In this document: piece after piece, positions 35,759 to 46,532 of the stretch
How the letters are laid out: each line of letters opens with the position of its first letter
Numbering within the stretch: position 1 is the first letter of the stretch
NCBI RefSeq assembly: GCF_038025025.1
Contig: NW_027117343.1
Coordinates: 248,001 to 312,000, forward strand
Origin: Phyllosticta citribraziliensis
Lineage: Eukaryota
Length of the DNA: 64,000 nt
Direction: 5' to 3'
Made by a program: the position numbers and the translations under genes
Notes under the pieces: generated by a model
The model's input: the letters and a program-made list of their open reading frames with translations, nothing else
Told to the model about the DNA's origin: nothing
Database searches by the model: none

Positions 35759-38700
35759 ATGGCCTCCGCACATCCTTCGCTAGCCTCTCGAAGGCCTACC
35801 TTACCCGACATCATGAACGACCCCGACTACGATCCTGGCCCCGCCTCGTCAGATAAAGCCGACGAACCAGACACCTGCAGGATATGCCGAGGAGACGGAA
35901 CTCGCGAAGAGCCATTGTTCTACCCCTGCAAGTGCAGTGGCAGCATCAAGTTTGTCCACCAAGACTGCTTGATGGAGTGGCTCTCGCACTCGCAAAAGAA
36001 GCACTGCGAGTTGTGCAAGACGCCTTTTCGGTTTACGAAACTCTACCACCCCCACATGCCCACCCAGCTTCCCACGGGCGTCTTCTTGCGCAGAGCCGTC
36101 GTCCACGTCTTGCGACACTTGCTGACCTGGGCGCGAGGACTCCTGGTGGGATCCGTGTGGCTTCTCTGGCTGCCGTGGTGTATGCGCGTCATATGGAGGG
36201 CCCTGTTTTGGTGCGGCGATGGAGGATTCGCTGGAGACTTGCACCTCGTCGCCAACATCCACAGGCAGCGCACTGCTCTTGACGGTGCTGATGCTGTCAA
36301 CACCTCTGCTACTGCCAATGCCAGCGCGTCGCCGCTTCCCGCCATTCTCTCCCCCGTTTCTCAGACCTTGAACATGAGCGCTGGCGAACCCACCGCATAT
36401 ACCCTTTTCAAGAAGTTCCTTTTCGGCTTTGGGCCCCTTCACTCAGAGTTGCTCAATATGTCTTTAACTAATGCTACCGAGAACGCGACGGCCGTCATGA
36501 TCACCCATCGGCAATCCTCACTCCTCTCCAACGTCTCCTTTTTCAAATCTCTCACCTCTCGCCCCTCGATAAACCGACTTATCCTCGACGTCATAGAAGG
36601 ACAAATCATCACCGTGGTGGTCGTCATTGCATTCATTTTGATTTTCCTTATTCGGGAATGGGTTGTGCAACAGCAACCCGTCATGAACCTAGCCGATATC
36701 CAGCCCCAGGTCCACGCCCCGGCCCCAGTCGAGCTTCCCATTGAGAACGAGGCCGATGAGCCTGTCCAGGATGAGATCCACCAACATGACCACCAAGACG
36801 ACGGAGATGAGCCCCAAGGCGCCGCGGATAACGCTGATTCGACCGCGAACCGCTTTCGCTTCGACTTTGCCGCCGATTCCTCTGACGATGAGGATGACGA
36901 GCCACTCCCGCCAGCGCCGCCGGTCGTTCGGGAGAATTTGTACCGCATTCCAGATGCGCAGGTTCGCGATGCAGTTGCACGGCGCAAGTTTGAAAAAGCA
37001 AACGACCTCATTCATGCCATGGATCCTCTGGCGCAAAGGGTCATGGGAGCGGAACTGGGAATGTGGATTCACCACATGAGCGAAGCTATTCAGGAGGTGT
37101 CTCAAGAGGCGGAACAAAGGGAGAGATTGGCCGACGAAGTCTCGGAATGGTTGGACGGTGTGGGGTACCTTCCGATTGACCACCCCTACGGTCTTCTCGG
37201 CGAACGGCTCGACGATGCAGCAACCTCTTCCGAAGGTCCATCGAGCAAACAACGACCGAACATGCCTGGGCGCGGAAAGTCCCTCTTGGCTGCACAGATA
37301 CGCCGAGAACTGGAAGAAGGCGCTCGGACTGTTCCATCCCTGTCCCCAGCCGAACCGTCTTCCGAACCAGGTGCCGAAGCCCACAGCGAGAACAGCGACG
37401 GGAGCTGGCAACAAGTCTTCAAGACCGATGACAACGAGATCGGGGAGTCCGCATCAAACGCATCGCCTTTGGTTGTCCACAATGAGTCAGGCGCGTCCAA
37501 CACCCACGAATCAGGTGCACAGCGCGCTGCATGGAGCCTTTCAACAGAGAGGCGCCGATCTGCAGGACCGGCAGAATCCGAATCAGGCCCGTCACACCTG
37601 CACGAGATCGATGACAACATTCGCGCGTCTTCGGCAGAAAGCTCCCCAACAATAGCCCCAGGAAACGAACCTCAGCAAGCTGCAGGACCGGTAGCAAATA
37701 CACCTGCGATACCCGCTCAAGCAGCCTTGAGAGAAACATTATGGGAAAGACTTTACGACTGGCTGTGGGGAGACATTCCTCCTGCCATTGGCGAAGATTT
37801 GGCTCACGCCGTTGGAAACGAGGAGCATGTCGTCCAAAACATTGCAGATGAAGATCCGTTTGTGCAGCGCAACGCTGGCATCGAGGATGACTTGGACGCA
37901 CCCGCTCAAGATCCGCAGGTCGCGGAAGCCGCTGCGCAAGCTGGGATCGACATCAACGCCGAGCAGGATGCCATTGAGGATGCCGAAGACCTGGAGGGCA
38001 TCATGGAGTTGATTGGCATGCAAGGACCGATTGTCGGCCTTTTCCAGAATGCCCTGTTCAGCGCTGTCCTCATCTCAGCTACTGTGGCTGTGGCTGTCTG
38101 GGTTCCCTATCTCTGGGGCAAGGTGGTCTTGCTCTCCCTCGGTCGACCAGTGTGGCTCTTTTTGAAGGTGCCTCTTCGCCTGCTGTCGGCTGCGGCGGAC
38201 CTGATTGTCGACTCGACACTATTCCTTGGTGCTGCATTTGTCTACTGGTCCATTGCTCTCCTCCGGCTGGTGTTGCCCATGGCGAGCTCTTCCGAAGCTA
38301 TCGACTCTGCGGCGTCGACGACGCGTACAATTGCCGAATCAGCCATCGAACGCATATCCAAAGTGTTCCTCGTGGCGAGCTCAAGCATGAATTCGGACTA
38401 CCTCCATCTTTCGGCAAATTCCCATGCCGCTTTGCGGTCACTGCAGCAGGAGCTTGCCGGGTGGATATCGTTTGTGTGGGATTTGGGCGCGTACATTTAT
38501 GGCAAGGTGGCTGCAGTTGATCCGGCATCCATCATGCCGGCCGTCAACCACGTTGTCGATCTGTGTGCCACGGCATGCGCCACCGCCTTGAGCAACCTCC
38601 GTGCGGCTCTTCCGACCATTTCCACCACCAAAGGCCTTTCCGTGACGCTCCAACTTGGCAACAGTACGGCAACCCCTGTCGACCCTGCATTCGAGTACTG

Positions 38701-40849
38701 GACTGCCTGGGATCGTGTCATTGCGATTGTTGCTGGCTACGTATTTTTCGCCGTGGCTGGAGCCTTGTACCTGAAGCGGGGCACGCCCTTTACCAGTTCT
38801 CAAAATGGCCGAAGGGTCGAAGGCATCATTTCAGATGTCCTGCAGCAGGCTGGCGGAGTCCTCAAAGTCATTCTCATCATCAGCATCGAGATGCTTGCAT
38901 TCCCGCTTTACTGCGGTGTTCTTCTCGACTTTGCCTTGCTCCCTCTTTTCGAGGACACTACCGTGGCCACCCGGCTCGCATACGCCCACCGGTCTCCCTG
39001 GACCGCTGGATTCGTGCACTGGTTTGTCGGGACTTGCTACATGTTCCACTTCGCGCTCTTCGTCTCAATGTGCCGCAAGATCATGCGCACCGGCGTCTTG
39101 TACTTTATCCGCGACCCGGACGACCCGACTTTTCATCCTGTTCGGGATGTCCTCGAACGCAGCGTGACTGGACAACTCCGCAAAATTGCCTTTAGTGCCT
39201 TTGTGTACGGCGCCTTGGTCATTTGCTGCTTGGGAGGCGTCGTGTGGACGCTGCACTTTGGCTTCGACGGCGTCCTGCCCATCCACTGGGCCACCAACGA
39301 CCCGTCCATGGAGTTTCCGCTCGATCTTCTCTTTTTCAATTTTCTCACGCCGCTGGTTGTAAAGTTTCTCAAGCCCAGCGATGCTCTGCACGAAATGTAC
39401 AGTTGGTGGTTCAAAAAATGCGCACGAGCCCTTCGCCTTTCTGATTTCCTCTTCGGAGAGAAGAATCTGGATGAGCGTGGCCATCACGTCAGACGCACTT
39501 GGACTGCCTGGTTCAAGAGACAAAGGGGGGATGCGGAAAAGCCCGTCATCGGCGAAGACCGACGCCTCCTCGCCGACGACCGCAACATCGAAGTCTACTT
39601 CATGTTTGACGGCAAGTACGTGCGCGCCCCAGCGTCGGACCAAGTCCGCGTCCCCCGCGGCCAGACGGTCTTTGTCGAGGTCGACGTCTTTGACAATCGC
39701 GTCGACGGCGCCACCGAAACTGGTGGTGGCATTCACGACAAGAATTCATCCTTCACGACAACAGTCTACATACCCCCCTGGTTCCGCATCCGGATCTGCC
39801 TATTCGTTTTGGCTATTTGGCTCTTTGCTGCACTCACTGGCGTTGGTGTCACTGTGATTCCCCTCCTCTTTGGCCGTCGCCTCTTTGCGGCTGTCCTTCC
39901 AGCTGGCACGCGGACAAACGACATTTACGCATTCGCGACTGGCATTTACATCTTCGGCGGCATAGCCTACGGATTGTGCCATCTCCAACCACTACTTTCC
40001 TCAATCAAATCCTCTCTGCGCCATCCCTTTGCGACTACCTATACCACCATCACCGTACTCTGCCACTTGGTCGCGCAAGCCGCATCCATCGCCTACGTGT
40101 ACGGCGCGCTCATCATTTTACTTCCTGCGCTCTTTGCCCTCTTCCTCGAATTCTATGTCCTCATCCCCCTGCACGCTTACCTCGGCCCTGGCGAGACGCA
40201 CGTCGTGCACATCATCCAAGACTGGTCGCTGGGTTTCTTGTACGCGCGGATTGCTGGTCGCTTCTTGCTGTGGAACCACAATTCGCTCGTCAGCCGCGCG
40301 CTGCGTGCCGTCGTGCGCAACGGCTACGCGCACCCCGACGCGCGCCTCGCCACGCGCGCCTTCGTCGTCCCCGTCGCCTGTTTCTTCGCAGCGACACTGC
40401 TCCTCCCCCTCGGCCTCGCGCGCGTCATACACGCCGCGCTCTTCGGCGCATCCGGCCCCGCTGCGTCGTCGAGTCCCTTCCAGCCCAGATCCGCCGCCGC
40501 CGACGCAGCCAAAGCACACCAACCCCTGACCCACCACGTGCACTCCGTCGTCGACTCGCCGTCGTCGGTCCCCTTCGTCACGGCCGTGTATCCAGTCTGC
40601 CTCGCCGTCGCCGCTGTGGCGTGGGGTCTGTGGGCGCTGACGCGTGCCACGGAGCGCTGGCGCGCCCGCATCAAGGACGAGGTGTACCTCATCGGCGAGC
40701 GCCTGCACAACTTGGGCGAGAGGCGGGCGCCGCCGCCGCCGCCGCCAGCAGCTCCCATGGGAGTGGATGCTGGTGTGATTGGGGACGAGGGTGCGCTGGC
40801 TTTGAGAGGATTTGGTGATGATGGCGTCGAGGGCGAGGCTGTGAGATGA
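35759..40849 (+). CDS. DOA10: ERAD E3 ubiquitin ligase Doa10/Ssm4/MARCH6 (RING-CH + multi-TM), 1696 aa, intronless
   Basis: N-terminal RINGv CRICRG...PLFYPCKCSGSIKFVHQDCLMEWLSHSQKKHCELCK. TD-region motifs LIREWVVQQQP, HWFVGTCYMFHFALFVSMCRKIMRTGVLYFIRDPDDPTFHP and C-terminal IKDEVYLIGERLHN. The start ATG is in CCACCATGG context. Confidence 0.95.
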   Translation: MASAHPSLASRRPTLPDIMNDPDYDPGPASSDKADEPDTCRICRGDGTREEPLFYPCKCSGSIKFVHQDCLMEWLSHSQKKHCELCKTPFRFTKLYHPHMPTQLPTGVFLRRAVVHVLRHLLTWARGLLVGSVWLLWLPWCMRVIWRALFWCGDGGFAGDLHLVANIHRQRTALDGADAVNTSATANASASPLPAILSPVSQTLNMSAGEPTAYTLFKKFLFGFGPLHSELLNMSLTNATENATAVMITHRQSSLLSNVSFFKSLTSRPSINRLILDVIEGQIITVVVVIAFILIFLIREWVVQQQPVMNLADIQPQVHAPAPVELPIENEADEPVQDEIHQHDHQDDGDEPQGAADNADSTANRFRFDFAADSSDDEDDEPLPPAPPVVRENLYRIPDAQVRDAVARRKFEKANDLIHAMDPLAQRVMGAELGMWIHHMSEAIQEVSQEAEQRERLADEVSEWLDGVGYLPIDHPYGLLGERLDDAATSSEGPSSKQRPNMPGRGKSLLAAQIRRELEEGARTVPSLSPAEPSSEPGAEAHSENSDGSWQQVFKTDDNEIGESASNASPLVVHNESGASNTHESGAQRAAWSLSTERRRSAGPAESESGPSHLHEIDDNIRASSAESSPTIAPGNEPQQAAGPVANTPAIPAQAALRETLWERLYDWLWGDIPPAIGEDLAHAVGNEEHVVQNIADEDPFVQRNAGIEDDLDAPAQDPQVAEAAAQAGIDINAEQDAIEDAEDLEGIMELIGMQGPIVGLFQNALFSAVLISATVAVAVWVPYLWGKVVLLSLGRPVWLFLKVPLRLLSAAADLIVDSTLFLGAAFVYWSIALLRLVLPMASSSEAIDSAASTTRTIAESAIERISKVFLVASSSMNSDYLHLSANSHAALRSLQQELAGWISFVWDLGAYIYGKVAAVDPASIMPAVNHVVDLCATACATALSNLRAALPTISTTKGLSVTLQLGNSTATPVDPAFEYWTAWDRVIAIVAGYVFFAVAGALYLKRGTPFTSSQNGRRVEGIISDVLQQAGGVLKVILIISIEMLAFPLYCGVLLDFALLPLFEDTTVATRLAYAHRSPWTAGFVHWFVGTCYMFHFALFVSMCRKIMRTGVLYFIRDPDDPTFHPVRDVLERSVTGQLRKIAFSAFVYGALVICCLGGVVWTLHFGFDGVLPIHWATNDPSMEFPLDLLFFNFLTPLVVKFLKPSDALHEMYSWWFKKCARALRLSDFLFGEKNLDERGHHVRRTWTAWFKRQRGDAEKPVIGEDRRLLADDRNIEVYFMFDGKYVRAPASDQVRVPRGQTVFVEVDVFDNRVDGATETGGGIHDKNSSFTTTVYIPPWFRIRICLFVLAIWLFAALTGVGVTVIPLLFGRRLFAAVLPAGTRTNDIYAFATGIYIFGGIAYGLCHLQPLLSSIKSSLRHPFATTYTTITVLCHLVAQAASIAYVYGALIILLPALFALFLEFYVLIPLHAYLGPGETHVVHIIQDWSLGFLYARIAGRFLLWNHNSLVSRALRAVVRNGYAHPDARLATRAFVVPVACFFAATLLLPLGLARVIHAALFGASGPAASSSPFQPRSAAADAAKAHQPLTHHVHSVVDSPSSVPFVTAVYPVCLAVAAVAWGLWALTRATERWRARIKDEVYLIGERLHNLGERRAPPPPPPAAPMGVDAGVIGDEGALALRGFGDDGVEGEAVR

Positions 40850-41245
40850 TGATCGGCTGGGAGGAGGAGGCTTAGGGAAGCCTTGTTGGCGATCAATGGG
40901 TGGTTTTCTCGTGTTGTCGTAGTTTCTGAGCGGGCATTGCTTGCTGCCGTTATTTGGTATTGTTTACTTTACGTCTTGTCGTCATGGTTGGTGGTTGGTG
41001 GTTGGTGACTTCAGCTGCTGTTGCGTGTGGCAGTCGAGATTCCTCAGGAGTAGTGCTGGTTGTGGTGAGTGGTGATGGAGACGCGGAGACGCGGAGACGT
41101 GGCAGCCATCAAGTCTATACAATTCAAGGCATTCGTTCGTTCATTCGTTGCAACTCACCGACTTGCGTCCTTCTTGCCTGATTCTTTGGAGTTTGAACGT
41201 TGGATCTGGGGAACTTCAGAACCGGGCGGGCCTGATTTTGATTTT

Positions 41246-41913
41246 GGGAGTCTTACTGAATCCACACTCCCACCCCCTGTCAACAACTAGAATCAACACA
41301 CCGTTACTGTACCCACCCTCCCACCCACAGCTTTACTAAATCCACCCTCTTCACTAGATGACCTTTACGTATTTCTTATATTTTCTTTCACCTATATATT
41401 AGAAGGGTAATATACAAAATCCACCCATATCTTATACGCCAAAATAATATCCACCTACTAAAATAATTTCTACCTATCTCTATATTAGAGGTCTAACTAA
41501 TACTACTACTACTACTACTACTACTCCTATCTTTAGCTATATTTACCCCTAGTTACTTAAGATACTATTACTATACTCTAGGAAGGGACCTTACTATTAT
41601 AATTCTAGGTCTAAGACCCCTCTCTAGTATATAGTGGGTGGATTTTGTTTTAGTGGGTGGATAATGTTTTGTCAAAGGCCAGGTGGGTGGTTTTTATATT
41701 TGCCCCTATATATAACCATGAATAGTCTTACTAGTATAGACTTCCCTAATTAAAATAAAGCCTAAGATAAAGTATATAATTAGTTATAGGAGGGTGGATT
41801 TAGTAAAGTAGAAGGTGGATTTAGTAAAGCCATAGATGGGAGGATGGGTTCAGTAACAGTGTGTGCATTCAGTTGTCGACAGGGGGTGGGAGTGTGGATT
41901 CAGTAAATAACCC
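41246..41913. mobile_element. Non-autonomous foldback / Mutator-like (MULE) element, 668 bp, RIP-degraded interior
   Basis: ~100-bp TIRs (GGG....TTACTGAATCCACACTCCCACCCCCTGTC.ACAACT / reverse complement), with weaker inverted symmetry extending further in. Flanks are TTTGATTTT (41237-41245) and TTTGATTAT (41914-41922). The interior is AT/TpA-rich with no ORF. Confidence 0.88.
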
Positions 41914-42538
41914 TTTGATTATCGCAATCAATCCGTCGCCCATGGCACTCTTCGACGCACAATGGAGACTCTATGATTGCGACATTAACTTCTCTATATA
42001 GTGCCTCCTGCCTACTAGGGTGATACTCTTAGATAAGATGTCATTCGTCCTCCGTAATCTCGTCGTGAAGAGGGGAATCATGCCAATGACCAGTCTCCGG
42101 AGAAATTGGCCGGCTAACTTCAATGCGGAAGGCAAATTCACGCGATCCCTCTAACCCGTTGGTGCCCCTACTATTATAAGGTGACAAGGTCAGCTTGGGT
42201 ACGCCGTTGCTGAGGGACGAATCTTCCTGGGAGCTGCTGGCTTCGAGCAGGCTCGCATCAATCTCCCGGATCTGTCGCGCAGGCATCTTCTGTGGAGCAC
42301 TCCCACAAACCAGGAGAAGGAAGAGGGTATCTGCTTCAGATTCGCACCCAAGCACGCTCGTTTTCATGTTTTCGAAACAGACTACGGCCGCGTCCCATTT
42401 GATCAGCGCCACACGCATCCCACACAGGAAGAAGGGTTCAGTTTGTATGATGCCAACAGATTGCGCACTCAATACGGCGGTGTCTTCGGCGTAACAAGGT
42501 TTTCCCTATCTCACCCTGAATGCCAATCCTACCACGGA

Positions 42539-43105
42539 ATGGCAGAGCAGATCTCTCGCGGGATGCAAGGGGAAAACGACCCGGCTATGCGTCTCTGTCC
42601 TTCGGCTCTTGACAATGAGGAAGCGCGACCTCGCAAACAGTACCAGTTGGACTCGGGTGAGCCCGAATACCAACCCGAGTTGCGTCCCACCGTCACTTAC
42701 TGGGATGTTATTAGCACTCCTGCCATTCAGGACGCTATCCAGAGGAACGAGGCCACCCAAGCTGAGGTTGAGGGCCTGCGCAACCAGCATGCTGACCTTA
42801 ATGAGGACCTGAGCAATCTTCAAGCTCATTATAGAGCCCTGATTGCCTCCACAAACGACGTTCTTGCTGAGTTCGAAAGGCATCTAAGCACCTCTGGCAC
42901 AATTAATAAGCTGACCCAGCATACGAGGTCAACATCAGGCTTGCTTCAAGAACTTCTCAAGAGGGGGAGCCGCGCAATGAGTCCAGTCCCGAACCAACAA
43001 ACCTATCGGATCGTCCAGAGCGCCCAGAGTTCCATGACGATCGCTTGTTGCCCAAGCGACACCGCTACTTCAAATAGCATCATGCTCTGGGCCGGGTTCT
43101 ATTAG
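42539..43105 (+). CDS. Hypothetical protein with a coiled coil
   Basis: ORF (ATG 42539, MAEQISRGMQ...) with a heptad segment IQRNEATQAEVEGLRNQHADLNEDLSNLQAHYRALIASTNDVLAEFE. No family recognised. Confidence 0.35.
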   Translation: MAEQISRGMQGENDPAMRLCPSALDNEEARPRKQYQLDSGEPEYQPELRPTVTYWDVISTPAIQDAIQRNEATQAEVEGLRNQHADLNEDLSNLQAHYRALIASTNDVLAEFERHLSTSGTINKLTQHTRSTSGLLQELLKRGSRAMSPVPNQQTYRIVQSAQSSMTIACCPSDTATSNSIMLWAGFY

Positions 43106-43494
43106 CTGAGCCGCATCCCAGAACTGCACGTCACTTACGTGGTCCTGACGGGACTTTTCAGACTCTTTCTTGTGGTGCTTTCCAGAGCCAGCTTGCATAT
43201 CCCCTCCTCGAATGCATGTTTTCTTTCTCGGATTCTGGCTTTTTTCGCAGTGTTGGGAGTTGCCATGGAGCAAAAGAGATAAGCATTCTCTGCCCAGACA
43301 GTCTCAGTTCCTGGCCCTCAGAGCTGCCGCAGGGGAAAAAGAGGGTGGATCGCCCTCGGGCGTTGCTTGATCCAAAAATGCGCCAGCGAGCTCAAAAAAG
43401 GGAGAGGTAAAAGCGGAGACAGGTTGATACGGTAAGTAGTCTTGGATGGATCCCCTATTCCAGAAATTCCATGCTTTTACTATTTATTATTTGA

Positions 43495-43900
43495 CTGGAC
43501 CTGGTCTTTCTAATGAGTGGTGCGGCTGACATCTTCACGGTGGGGGCGGAAGGGCTCACTCTCTGGCTAAGTCTGGTCTCTCTGACGAACGGTGCAGCTG
43601 ACATCGTCGCGGCGCGGGCGGAAGGGCTCGCTAGCAGGCTGGACCTGGTCTCCCAGACGAGCGGTGCCACAGTGGGTGTAGAAAGAAGTGAGACTCCCTA
43701 GGTCTAGATACAGTAGTGGGCGGATTCTCTCTAAGTGTGGGTGTATATGTAAATGAATGCTCCTTGAGCGCGACTGCAGCAGTAGATGAATGCTCCCTAA
43801 GTGTGGCTGTAGCAATTAATGAATGCTCCCCAAGTGCACTCACATTACCAAGAGGTCTGTCGCATTTCTTAGACACCCACTGTGGTGCGGCTGGTATCAT
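43495..43900 (-). repeat. 72-bp tandem repeat (24-aa unit DQVQPxSEPFRPxRxDVSxT) of a decayed gene, interrupted by a MITE
   Basis: CT(GG/AA)..CTGGTC at 43495, 43567 and 43639. The third unit resumes after the insertion at 43885. TAG stops occur where sister units have CAG. Confidence 0.75.
43668..43884. mobile_element. MITE with CACAGTGGGTGT terminal inverted repeats and 4-bp TSD (GTGC), 217 bp, copy 1
   Basis: Perfect 12-bp TIR (43668-43679 / 43873-43884). GTGC on both sides. Internal motifs at 43722, 43755, 43788 and 43821 (33-bp period). Confidence 0.9.
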
Positions 43901-45450
43901 TGGCGATACGAGAGATCCGGAGGGATCTCTGAACTTCGGTGGCGATTTTTTTTGGGATGAGCGGCGTCACAACGTCGAGGCAAGACCAAGGGTATTACTT
44001 GCGTCCGGGGTGGATCTCGCTGAGGGCAAGGTAAACGAGGGCGCCCAGGTTGTCGTGGCTGAGATGTTGCCCAGTTTCTCTCTTGCTTGCAAGGTCGCCC
44101 GTAGCTTCAGGACCAGGGTTCAAAGCTCTGGTGGCTGTGTCGTTGGCAATGTCGGTGAAAAACTCTTGGGCTGACCCGAAAGACCGCTGGTGAAGGTGAC
44201 TATCCGTATTCTTAGAGTGAGGCGTAGGGGGTGGACGTCAAAGTGCAGATGGCGATGACGATGTGAGAATCTTGGGATTTTGATGGTGAACCGCGGGGTC
44301 CTTAATGAGACGGCATAAGGTAGAGGTGGGCGTGTGAAGCGGGTGGTAGATGTTGACTGGTAGGCGTTGCCCGGGCTGTTGGTAAACATCAGGCTGCGGT
44401 GCCGCCCGCACCACCGTGGCCTCTCCCTCTCGGTCACCACCTTGCATTTCGCTTTTTTCCGTCGACCTGACGGATACTCGCATGAAGGGTGTAGGTCTGA
44501 TTCATAATGTCGAGGAGAGACTCAGCGAGGTTTCCCCCTATTTGGCAGCTTCCGCCCGTGTATACTGGCCAAATCGACCATGTTGTCATTGGTAGCTGAG
44601 AGTCTTCAACTAAGGAAGACTGTCGGCTGGAGAACATCAAGCAAGTAGATGGAAAGGGATGCAGATGGAGATGCGAAAATGGAAATGATACTGACACTGA
44701 CACTGAAGTAGAAATTGGTATGCCGTGACATTTCGATGGGCATTTTGCAGGTTTGAAGTGCTTGGGTGTGGTGTGATACGCGCCCGTGCATGCGCAAAGC
44801 GAAGGTTCAGGAGAAGGGAAAGGGGAAGGAGGCATAGTAGCTGCGGCGGTGGACGAGAGCCGCACATATTGGGGTACTTGACTGCCTTGGATTGCGAAAA
44901 TGGAAGAGCAACAGCACTTTTCTTTTGACGCGGGTCGACTGCCAGTCTGCTTATCCTCCTGACTATCTGCCAGTCAGGAGAGTTGGCGAAGTTTCGACGT
45001 GACAGTGCCTTCCCTTCTTCGCCCATGCACGAGGTCATGTCGTGAAAACCTCTTTCCCGCGAGCAGGTCAGACGTTTCCAGAGTGTACAGACAGAGCTGG
45101 TTCATTGGTGCAGTGGATGGAAGATGCCTGAGCGCAGCCGTGGTGCTGAATGACAGTTTCCAACGTTCACTCGCCGCGTTTGGCCGATGAACTCGACGGA
45201 AGAAACAGCAATGATGGGAGGACAAAGAATCAGTGTGTCCCTGAAAGAGCAAGTCTATTATGCTACCTCGTCCTTTATCCTGCCTTCCATTGAGTGCTTG
45301 CCAGACCCTTCCATTCCCACAGGTGCCTTTTTCATTCCGCAACGTCTTCGAGCAATCCTCCTTCCGTTTCCCTGTCTCCCTGAGACTCTGATACCCTTTT
45401 GTCTTCAATCAAAACGTCTTCTTGAGGATGATACAAGTTTCATGTTGCAT

Positions 45451-46532
45451 TCAGATGCCGTCGCAGACCTGCAGCCTGCGAGTCTTAGCCGCAGGAGGAC
45501 TCATTCCAAGCTCTGGGGTTTCTTCGAGTCGCTTGCGCTTGTTGGAAGATGATGGAGACTCGTCGTCAGAGCTGTCTTTGTAGCTTCCCTTTTCGTCGTC
45601 GTCATCAAGCGGCTTGTTCCACTCCCTCATACCAAAGAGACTCTTGCACTTTGGACACGTGAGGCTGTTGGCAGCGAACCAATGGTTGTACCGGACCGTC
45701 CAATTCGGGAATGACTGTGATGAAATGACTTTGCACTCCGAATTCGGACAGATGCGCTCCCGCTTGCCAGTCTCCGCCTGATAAATGTGGAGTTCTCCCC
45801 AAAAGCCCTGAATCTTTTCCATTTTGACTCTGAACCGCTTCGTCTGGATGAGGTAGTGCAATTCTTTGGACGTGAAGTACAGTACGAGGTCGCGCAATCC
45901 CCTGTCCGTGCAGGGAGTCGTGCGGTAGACTTCTCGAACAAGATCGGGGAAAAAGTCAAGGTCGGAACGGGCCCATTCTTCGTGTTCCATGTACTCTTTG
46001 AATAGCTGTTGTGCGACTTTCTTGAGGGACAGAATCTGAAATTTGTCCGCCAACCCATAGATCCGGACTGTGCAAAGGGCGATATATTCCCATGTGTCGC
46101 CGTCCATGTCGTTTTCTCGGCACCATTCTTCCATGCATTCTCTGTCTAGGTCGCCTGTGTAACAGTATACAAGCAAGATCCGAACGAGAAAGGCGTCATC
46201 GTCGGTAAGAGTAATCACGCCGGTCCTAGCTTCCTGTTCCAACCTTTAGTTTTTGGCAGAACTAATACTTTGCGTCCGTCTTACCTTGAAGGGCGATTCT
46301 GGATCACAGGCTTTCTCGAAAAACGCGGACTGCATTCCAACTATGATCTTGTGGACGTGGAACTCCTTGCCTTGGCAGCGAATCGTAAGGTCGGTGTTCC
46401 ATTTGGCCTGGAACATGGAGTTGTTGTTTTCGAATATATAATAGAATAGGGCATCACGCAAAGCTAGGGTAGGTTGTCAGTTTCGTACAATCGTAGAGGA
46501 AGGAGTGACGTACAATCCTCACCGTAACGCAT
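45451..46532 (-). CDS. BTB/POZ-domain protein with C4 zinc ribbon and acidic/basic tail (paralog 2), ~326 aa
   Basis: Exons 46532-46514, 46463-46285 and 46233-45451 (GTACGT/TAG, GTAAGA/CAG; 981 nt in frame). Motifs TDLTIRCQGKEFHVHKIIVGMQSAFF, EARTGVITL, YGLADKFQI and CPNSEC-x25-CPKC. Confidence 0.88.

Noticed and set aside
43722..43830. 33-bp-period repeats with variable intervening sequence resembling a mini CRISPR array
   Set aside because: Eukaryotic context, a conserved core of only ~10-15 nt, no cas genes, and the array is enclosed by TIRs and a TSD.
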